DNA from: Colwellia polaris | Lineage (GTDB): Archaea; Nanohalarchaeota; Nanosalinia; Nanosalinales; Nanosalinaceae | Length of the DNA stretch: 17,455 nucleotides | Assembly (NCBI GenBank): GCA_047617785.1 | Contig: JBLGBK010000013.1 | Location: 1-17,455, forward strand | Reading direction: 5' to 3' | Shown: one piece after another, positions 8,119-14,117 of the stretch | How positions within the stretch are numbered: position 1 is the stretch's first letter | Layout: each line of letters begins with the position of its first letter | Program-made: the position numbers and the translations under genes | The notes under the pieces: model-generated | The model's database searches: none | Told to the model about the DNA's origin: nothing | What the model saw: the letters and a program-made list of their open reading frames with translations, nothing else

Positions 8119-8515
8119 ATGAATTCGTAAACTGTTATAGTATCAGAGATGCTTAAAAGAGATTTTAACTTGTCTGTACCTTTTGGAAACATGCTAGATA
8201 TGACTCTCATCGATGAGAGGTTGATGAGCTTTGAAAGAGTCTCTTGTAAGACAAAAATTCTTTGAAATGGTGTCATAGTAGTTAAGACCGTTAGTACTAG
8301 ATCTAAATCTTTAGAAACCTCTGAAACTAGTTATAAGATTTAAATCGACAAATATGTGGCATATTGTCCTCAGAATGAGAAACTTTGTGAAGTGCCTAGT
8401 GAAGGGAGATTTCAGGAACGAGATGTTTCTAAGAGCGACTTAAACAGACAATAATCAAGAGAAAGGTATTACCTGGACGGAAGACCACAGTTTGTGTCAG
8501 TGGATTCTAATATAA
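8119..8515 (+). pseudogene. Decayed PD-(D/E)xK endonuclease, PDDEXK_5 / group I intron-associated (I-Ssp6803I-like) family
   Basis: Read through stops: S*TVIVSEMLKRDFNLSVPFG, ARYD (shifted frame near 8193), FERVSCKTKIL*NGVIVVKT, YKI*IDKYVAYCPQNEKLCEVP, then in a shifted frame EMFLRAT*TDNNQEKGITWTEDHSL. The family motifs occur in order. Stops at 8128, 8263, 8341 and 8441, plus frameshifts. Confidence 0.85.
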
Positions 8516-8518
8516 ATG
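8509..8518 (+). promoter_or_regulatory. TATA box of tRNA-Thr
   Basis: TATAAAT at 8511-8517, ending about 23 bp before the tRNA 5' end, overlapping the pseudogene stop codon. Confidence 0.6.
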
Positions 8519-8540
8519 TTACCTACTACACACTTTCTGT

Positions 8541-8630
8541 GCCTTCGTGGCTCAGTCTGGCTAGAGCGACCCCCTTGTAACATCACTGCAAGACAGGGGT
8601 AGGCCGAGGGTTCAAATCCCTCCGAGGGCT
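8541..8630 (+). tRNA. tRNA-Thr (anticodon TGT) with 15-nt intron at canonical 37/38 position
   Basis: Acceptor GCCTTCG/CGAGGGC, D-stem GCTC/GAGC, anticodon stem ACCCC/GGGGT, anticodon 8576-8578, T-arm GAGGG-TTCAAAT-CCCTC, discriminator T. Confidence 0.95.
8580..8594 (+). other. tRNA intron with bulge-helix-bulge splice motif
   Basis: Intron ACATCACTGCAAGAC. Central helix CTTG (8574-8577) / CAAG (8589-8592), bulges TA^A and AC^A, outer helix CA/TG closing a TCAC loop. Confidence 0.9.
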
Positions 8631-8665
8631 CTTCTCATTCTGTGAATCAATTCGGTCAAAATTAA

Positions 8666-8975
8666 AGCTGGGCTTTCACTGACGTGGATGTTGTTTTAGC
8701 TGAGAATACAAGAGAGAATATACTGGAAGATCTACATTATGATTATGACGGATTGCTTAAGGCGCCAGAACTTCCCCCGGAGAATCAATACATTTCACAC
8801 TGCCTAATGAATATGACTTAATTAAATCTCTGAAGGAAAATTTGAGTCGAAACAGGATGCGGAAGATCACAGTTTACAAGCTCACATTATCTTCAGAGCC
8901 GGAAGAAAGGAATATGGAGGTACTTACAACGTTAAACCTTCGCGTGAAGGAGAACTTTCTAATGAGTTTATTTGA
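8666..8975 (+). pseudogene. 5'-truncated, doubly frameshifted gene remnant of unknown family
   Basis: Adding one C to the C5 run (8774-8778) and one A to the A4 run (8837-8840) gives a continuous frame: ..ENILEDLHYDYDGLLKAPELPPGESIHFTLPNEYDLIKSLKEKFESKQDAEDHSLQAHIIFRAGRKEYGGTYNVKPSREGELSNEFI*. Confidence 0.45.
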
Positions 8976-9122
8976 AATGACTCATCAAGGAAAAAAATCG
9001 TTCTTTCTCTCTACAATCGTGGATAACTCGTAACTTCTGAGACTAAGCTTCTATAACTTACATGAACTTTAGACTCTCGAGCTGCCTAAAGTGTGAAAAG
9101 ACTGAGCTGAGAATAACATTGT

Positions 9123-9566
9123 ATGGATGAGGAAAAGCTGAAGATTGAGAATGCTCAGGCCTATAGAGATTATGCTAACTACTTTGGATCCTTAGCTAGT
9201 GGTTTGTTTATCGCTTCGGGGATAGGAGTGTCTCTTGCTGCTATGAGCCTCAATTCAAGCACTTCATTTATGGCTCTGGGGCTACGTACCTTGAACTATA
9301 ATAATATCAATGCTACTCTGACAGACCAGATGGCGGGGAATTTTACAGAAATGAGTGTTACAGCTGCTAGAGGTGTAAATCTGGGAGGTGCGCTCAATAT
9401 GATATTGATCGGGGCGGCATTTGTGTTCGCGGTAGAAGGTATTAACAAGTGGAAGAGGTCTCAGGCAATACTGAATGATGCTTTTCATAGTTCTAAGAGG
9501 TATAGAATGCTTCAGGCTGTTATAATTCTAGGTTTCTGGATACCTGCAGTGCTTTTACTACTATAG
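9123..9566 (+). CDS. Hypothetical membrane protein (about 3 TM)
   Basis: Hydrophobic segments near residues 21-43, 87-106 and 129-147. The loop between TM1 and TM2 has sequons NSS, NAT and NFT. Confidence 0.75.
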   Translation: MDEEKLKIENAQAYRDYANYFGSLASGLFIASGIGVSLAAMSLNSSTSFMALGLRTLNYNNINATLTDQMAGNFTEMSVTAARGVNLGGALNMILIGAAFVFAVEGINKWKRSQAILNDAFHSSKRYRMLQAVIILGFWIPAVLLLL

Positions 9567-9596
9567 TTTTTACCTTTCATTGAGTATAGACTGTAT

Positions 9597-10394
9597 ATGC
9601 TTACTTTCATGGCCAGGTTCGCCCAGATTCAGAACCGCTTGGCAGATCTTCTGGAAACTAAGTTTATTCCGGGAGAGAAAGATCAGATAACTCAGTACAT
9701 ATACAATACGTCGGAAAATATTCTGGAAATGCATAACTCTGGGCGCTATAGAGAACGAGACTACCACTTATTGAGATTGGCTATTTTCGCTAAGCATCTG
9801 GAAGAAGTGGAGGAAGAGCGGAATGAAGTTTTTGAGGAGTTTAGGTCGGAGCTGAAGTCTCAAACCCATAACGAATATTTTGGAACCCGTTTCGAGGTAG
9901 ATATTGCTGCATCACTGATCAGAAAGGATATCGACTTTGATCACCCTGATCCTCCTGACTTCGATATAGTAAACCGTGACTGCGTTATCGAATGTACTAC
10001 AAGCCACTTCTCTGGCGGTGATCGTACTCCTGAAGAGAAGATAAAACAGGCTATAGAAAGTAAATCGGGTAAGAGCTACTTTGATTCTAGTAACGCTCTC
10101 TTCATCGATATCACTAACATTTACTTCGCTATGGCGCAGCGTGAAAAGGAATATTCTCAGGAGTATATCGAGGAACAGGTTGAGGAAAGGTTAGATGTCT
10201 TTAATCACGATATTGGCTCAGTAATACTGTTCACTTATGTCGTTGATAGATCTGCATCACCTCCGGGCCTACATCACTCATATATCAGGGTTGATAATTC
10301 CTCTGCAGAAGCTGATCTTACAGCCTTCTTAGATTCACACTGGCCGAAAGAGGGCGAGCACGTGCCGGAAACATATTTTCCCAGTGAGCCCTAG
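9597..10394 (+). CDS. Putative PD-(D/E)xK superfamily (restriction-like) nuclease
   Basis: Helical N-terminal half, then the core RFEVDIAASL (helix E), PPDFDI (PD), VIECTT (ExK variant), IKQAIESK..KSY and LFIDIT. Confidence 0.65.
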   Translation: MLTFMARFAQIQNRLADLLETKFIPGEKDQITQYIYNTSENILEMHNSGRYRERDYHLLRLAIFAKHLEEVEEERNEVFEEFRSELKSQTHNEYFGTRFEVDIAASLIRKDIDFDHPDPPDFDIVNRDCVIECTTSHFSGGDRTPEEKIKQAIESKSGKSYFDSSNALFIDITNIYFAMAQREKEYSQEYIEEQVEERLDVFNHDIGSVILFTYVVDRSASPPGLHHSYIRVDNSSAEADLTAFLDSHWPKEGEHVPETYFPSEP

Positions 10395-10505
10395 TTAACT
10401 AAGGGGCGAAGCGGTGAATGAAAACGCCGGTATTACTTATAAAAGAACGGAGTTTAAACTGCCTATTACCTAGTATTTGACCTGTATTGTTCACGGATTT
10501 GAAGT

Positions 10506-10520
10506 ATCCCTCCAAGGGCT
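10506..10520 (+). repeat. att-like direct repeat of the tRNA-Thr 3' end
   Basis: 14/15 identity to 8616-8630, ending exactly at the discriminator base. Confidence 0.75.
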
Positions 10521-10637
10521 TAAATTTTACCTTTTTAGCTATTATTAGAATCTAATAATTAGAGTTTTGTTTTAGATATCTGGAGGGTTGAACCTGTTGG
10601 CGAAGAATGATTAAGCGTTCGGTTCAATATAATTTCT

Positions 10638-11267
10638 ATGTCCGTAGTTTACTTTGATTTAGATGGCACGCTGATTACATATAGTAAGGATTTTCACCCG
10701 CTATTTGAGGAGGCTCTTGGATTTGAGGTAAGCAAAGAAGTTCACGACTACTGGACAGAGCATCTCTTAAGCAACATCAAGGATATGAAAAAAGAACCGT
10801 ACCGAGATGCTTTAGAGAAAGTCGAGCGAAAATTTGATTTAGGCATTAATCCAGAAGAAGCTGCAGAAAGAAGAATAGAAACTGAACTTCAAACTACACA
10901 AATTCATTCAGGAATGAAGCAGTTAATAGAGAAACTTTCGGAGAAACACCAGGTAGGAATACTGACTAATGGTGTAGAAGAAGTTCAGAGGAGAAAAATA
11001 GAGAAATTCTGCTTGGATGAGCTTGTTGACGAGATCATTATCTCAAATCCAGAAGGAGTTAGGAAACCTGATACAGAGATTTTCAAATTAGCTAAAGACA
11101 GGCTGAAAGGAGAAAACTACATCTATGTCGGAGACACATTTGAGGAGGATGTCAAACCCGCTCAAGACGAAGGATTCAAAACAATCTACATCAATGGAGA
11201 AAGAGAAGCAGATTTAGAAGCAACAAACTCTGAAACGCTGGCAGAAACATTAATTTCAATACTCTAA
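10638..11267 (+). CDS. HAD-superfamily hydrolase (subfamily IA, YjjG-like)
   Basis: Motif I YFDLDGTL, motif II ILTNG, motif III RKPD, motif IV YVGDTFEEDV. Confidence 0.92.
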   Translation: MSVVYFDLDGTLITYSKDFHPLFEEALGFEVSKEVHDYWTEHLLSNIKDMKKEPYRDALEKVERKFDLGINPEEAAERRIETELQTTQIHSGMKQLIEKLSEKHQVGILTNGVEEVQRRKIEKFCLDELVDEIIISNPEGVRKPDTEIFKLAKDRLKGENYIYVGDTFEEDVKPAQDEGFKTIYINGEREADLEATNSETLAETLISIL

Positions 11268-11299
11268 TATTAACTCTAAGGTGTGAAATCTTAGCCTCA

Positions 11300-11953
11300 T
11301 CACTCTCTCGGAGGTTCCTCTCGGTTTTTTATCTGGCTTTCCAGCAGTACCGTTCTCAGTTCTTCAGGTCCATTTACTGTTTCGTCTGCCTGTTCAAGGC
11401 TTTGTCCGTCCGAACCTTCGTATCCGATACAGTAGAGGCCTGCTGATTTAGCAGATTTTATTCCTGCATCAGTGTCTTCAACAGCTACTGCTTCTTCCGG
11501 TTCTACGTCCAGTTTTTTCACTGCGATTAGATATGTTTCCGGATCGGGCTTCCCGTTTCCTTCTGTCATGTTTGAATCTGACTTGGCATCGAAATCAAGG
11601 TCGAAACGCTCTATAGCATAATCTGCCCAGTATGATCCTGTGGCTACGCCTACTTTAAGCCCTTTTTCCTTAAGTTCTTCTGCCAGTTCTTTGAATCTGG
11701 GCATGAGGTCTGCGTTCTTCTTGTAGATTGTTTCGGCGTGATCTTCATACATTTGGAAGAATTCTTCGTAATTCACTTCGGTTTTGTAGTTTTCTGACAG
11801 ATATTCGTAAGTGTTGGATATGGTCATTCCTGCCAGTTCATCGGTTTTAACTTTCTCTCCAGTTGCTTTCTGGTAGATTGTTTCTTCTGCCTTATTCCAG
11901 TACTTTTCCGTGTCTACCACTACGCCATCGAGATCGAATACTACTGCTTTCAT
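11300..11953 (-). CDS. HAD-superfamily phosphatase (beta-PGM/CbbY-like)
   Basis: AVVFDLDGVVVDTE, VATGS, GKPDPETY, AVEDTDAGIKSAKSAG. Confidence 0.92.
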   Translation of the reverse strand: MKAVVFDLDGVVVDTEKYWNKAEETIYQKATGEKVKTDELAGMTISNTYEYLSENYKTEVNYEEFFQMYEDHAETIYKKNADLMPRFKELAEELKEKGLKVGVATGSYWADYAIERFDLDFDAKSDSNMTEGNGKPDPETYLIAVKKLDVEPEEAVAVEDTDAGIKSAKSAGLYCIGYEGSDGQSLEQADETVNGPEELRTVLLESQIKNREEPPRE

Positions 11954-12038
11954 ACAATATAACTGTCGGAGCTGTGATAAAAAACCAGGAATGTTTTCAC
12001 CTACAATAATTTACATGCTCTGATGCTAATTTTTACCT

Positions 12039-12764
12039 GTGAAACTGTACAAAATCTTGGTTGAAAGCTTTGAGATGTTGAAGGATGAGCCACGCTTCTT
12101 TGTGCCAAGGCTTGTATCAACAAGCATCTCAACTTTATGGTTTGTGTTGTTCTTTGAACGGTACATGGCAGGTCTCCTAGCTCAGCAACTCTCAAATGCT
12201 GAAATAGCGTTTTACTTTGTATCTGGTCCGTTAATTGTTTTTCTAGGTGTATTCGTTTCGGTAATGCTTGCCAGAATGGTCGACAAAGGACCGGAGCTGA
12301 AAAATGCGTTTACGTATACTATTGGTGCTCTAGGGCGTCTTTTCAAGGTTACCTCGGTATTGATGGTTGCAGGATTTCTGGTTTCACTTCCTATGACGGC
12401 AGGCATAGTATTTTATCCTTTAATAGGTTTAACAGGTTTTCTGATGGCTTCCATGGTTTCTATACTTCTTTTAATTCTCACTGCGTTCGCAATCTATTTC
12501 CTGCCTATTGCAATTGTTGAAAGTAAAGATTTGCGATCAAGTTTGGTGAATTCGGTGAGAGCTTCGCGTAAAAATTCTTGGGAGGTTTCTGCGATGTTAA
12601 TTCTCAGCATTATCTTGCTTGCATTAGCCGGTATAGCGCAAGGAACGATTCAAACCTTGGGGTACATAGGATTTGCTTTAAGCCGTTTAATTTCTGCAGT
12701 TACAACAACATATCTATTTATTGTTAGTCCAAATATGTATCTCGGTTCTAAGAGCCAGGTCTAA
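12039..12764 (+). CDS. Polytopic membrane protein (about 6 TM), function unknown
   Basis: GTG start and six hydrophobic segments. The FLPIAIVE..SSLVNSVR..KN pattern is typical of GDPD-membrane-domain-like archaeal proteins. 4-bp convergent overlap with the next gene. Confidence 0.8.
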   Translation: MKLYKILVESFEMLKDEPRFFVPRLVSTSISTLWFVLFFERYMAGLLAQQLSNAEIAFYFVSGPLIVFLGVFVSVMLARMVDKGPELKNAFTYTIGALGRLFKVTSVLMVAGFLVSLPMTAGIVFYPLIGLTGFLMASMVSILLLILTAFAIYFLPIAIVESKDLRSSLVNSVRASRKNSWEVSAMLILSIILLALAGIAQGTIQTLGYIGFALSRLISAVTTTYLFIVSPNMYLGSKSQV

Positions 12765-13132
12765 ATCTGTATTAGGTAGAGAACTGCTGTTGTAAAGGCT
12801 GCGGCAGCAATAGATTTCAGATGGATTTTCTTAGCCTTTTCAAGATCTTTTATATGTGATTCTTCGCCTTCAACGTTTTCTTCCCTGCCGTCTTCGCTGT
12901 AAGTACCTTTGCTGGCGTGTGCTACGCAGAAACTTTCGTATCCTTGGAACAATCCCTCAAATCCTATGAAAAGCAGTGCTGCAACGCCGAAAAATATTAG
13001 ATCGCTTACGGAAGTGATAAAACTAGCCGTAGAAAGTAGAAATCCTGAAGCAAGGCCGCTAACTCCTAGAATGTATCTCTTTCGTTGCCCGGATTTGTCA
13101 ATATTGCATACTCCAGGCTCATAATCTGCCAT
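12761..13132 (-). CDS. Conserved Cys-containing membrane protein (YxPGVCNI family)
   Basis: YEPGVCNI...QRKR N-terminus, two TM helices, FQGYESFCV motif and a C-terminal TM helix. Confidence 0.8.
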   Translation of the reverse strand: MADYEPGVCNIDKSGQRKRYILGVSGLASGFLLSTASFITSVSDLIFFGVAALLFIGFEGLFQGYESFCVAHASKGTYSEDGREENVEGEESHIKDLEKAKKIHLKSIAAAAFTTAVLYLIQI

Positions 13133-13223
13133 ATAAGGAGTATTGTTCGATGAATAACTAAAAACTATTGCCTTTTGAACAGGTTGAAAATGAGAAAAAA
13201 GAGATTTATGAGATTGATTTCTC

Positions 13224-13307
13224 TCAGTGCTCTTCCTCTTTGTGATCCTCTAACTCTTCGTCGCTGTCAAAATCGGTTCCACATCTTTTGCATACTTTAT
13301 CGCTCAT
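13224..13307 (-). CDS. 27-aa single C2H2 zinc-finger microprotein (not in ORF track)
   Basis: MSDKVCKRCGTDFDSDEELEDHKEEEH* fits C-x2-C-x3-F-x5-L-x2-H-x4-H. A GAGGCG RBS lies at 13320-13315, and a T-rich tract follows on the minus strand. Confidence 0.85.
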   Translation of the reverse strand: MSDKVCKRCGTDFDSDEELEDHKEEEH

Positions 13308-13321
13308 TGTTAATCGCCTCG

Positions 13322-13588
13322 TTATACTTCCTCGCCCTTGGCCCAGGCTTTTAGGGTTTCTTTATCGGTTTCGCCGCAGATCCATTCTTCGGATTCTGTG
13401 TTGAAGAAGAACGGTACGCCTCCGCAGAAACCTTCATCGTACTTGTCCATCATTTCGGCGTTTTCTTCATCATGCCAAACTTCAAGTTGTTCAACTTCAA
13501 CATTCTCTTCTTTCTGGAGTTGTTCAACTTTCGGCTCCATGTTCTCACAGTGTGGGCATTCTTCGCCGTAAAACTCGTATAAAGTCAT
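13322..13588 (-). CDS. Thioredoxin/glutaredoxin-family protein
   Basis: EFYGEECPHC active site, LEVWHDEEN, FCGGVPFF cis-Pro loop, WICG. Confidence 0.9.
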   Translation of the reverse strand: MTLYEFYGEECPHCENMEPKVEQLQKEENVEVEQLEVWHDEENAEMMDKYDEGFCGGVPFFFNTESEEWICGETDKETLKAWAKGEEV

Positions 13589-13626
13589 AACGTGTACTTA
13601 TTGCTGCTTCGGTTTAAAGAACTAGC

Positions 13627-14010
13627 TTACCTTGAAGGAATCTCAAATGAGGAATCAAGGTCTTTGGCGGGTTGCAGTCTTTTGCGTCCCCACTCTGCCA
13701 TTCCTAGGATTACTGGTTCGAGGCTTTTGCCGACAGAAGTTAAAGTGTAGCTGACTTTCTTAGGGCTTTCAGAGATTATTTCCTTCTCCACTATGTTCTT
13801 ATCTTGGAGATCCTGTAATGTCTCGGAAAGTACTTTGCTCGAAATACCGTTAGCTTCTCTCTTCAACTCGTTGAAACTCAAATCGTTTTTCTTGACAAGT
13901 CTGTGGATTATTACTGGGTGCCATTTACGTCCTAGAATCTGCGATGCTGCAGTAACAGGGCACCAGTCTTCTGTGGAACACCAGACTTTCATCTCATTTT
14001 CTTCGCTCAT
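13627..14010 (-). CDS. HxlR (MarR/DUF24) family winged-helix regulator
   Basis: WCPVTAASQILGRKWHPVII, SFNELKR..GISSKVLSETL..L, PKKVSYTLT..GKSL. Confidence 0.93.
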   Translation of the reverse strand: MSEENEMKVWCSTEDWCPVTAASQILGRKWHPVIIHRLVKKNDLSFNELKREANGISSKVLSETLQDLQDKNIVEKEIISESPKKVSYTLTSVGKSLEPVILGMAEWGRKRLQPAKDLDSSFEIPSR

Positions 14011-14035
14011 AATGTCTCAATTGTGTAGGCTAGTA

Positions 14036-14057
14036 TTTTATAGTTACTTAACGTAAC
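14036..14057. promoter_or_regulatory. GTTAC-N5-GTAAC palindrome abutting the hxlR TATA box; candidate HxlR operator
   Basis: GTTAC 14043-14047 and GTAAC 14053-14057, with minus-strand TATAAAA at 14042-14036, about 25 bp before the hxlR ATG. Confidence 0.65.
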
Positions 14058-14117
14058 CTGTCCGTTTTGTTTGCTGTCCCACTAGCTATAAGTTAAAACC
14101 GATTGCATAATTAGACT

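Larger units (their letters stand above)
8616..10520. mobile_element. Degenerate tRNA-Thr-integrated islet (no integrase visible)
   Basis: Bounded by ATCCCTCCGAGGGCT (8616-8630, tRNA 3' end) and ATCCCTCCAAGGGCT (10506-10520). The cargo has long spacers, a gene remnant, and more T-ending codons than cdc48. Confidence 0.7.

Noticed and set aside
7911-8276. 121-aa minus-strand ORF
   Set aside because: It overlaps the Zn-ribbon gene and is the antisense shadow of the PDDEXK_5 pseudogene. Its composition is not acidic.
8842-9033. 63-aa ORF in the islet
   Set aside because: TTG start with no RBS. It is better explained as an off-frame part of the 8666-8975 remnant.
10583-10592. GAGGGTTGAA, a 9/10 match to the tRNA-Thr T-arm
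   Set aside because: Too short to distinguish from chance, and it lies outside the better 15-bp repeat.
10638-11953. Convergent pair of HAD hydrolases as a functional unit
   Set aside because: They belong to different common subfamilies on opposite strands, with no evidence of linkage beyond adjacency.
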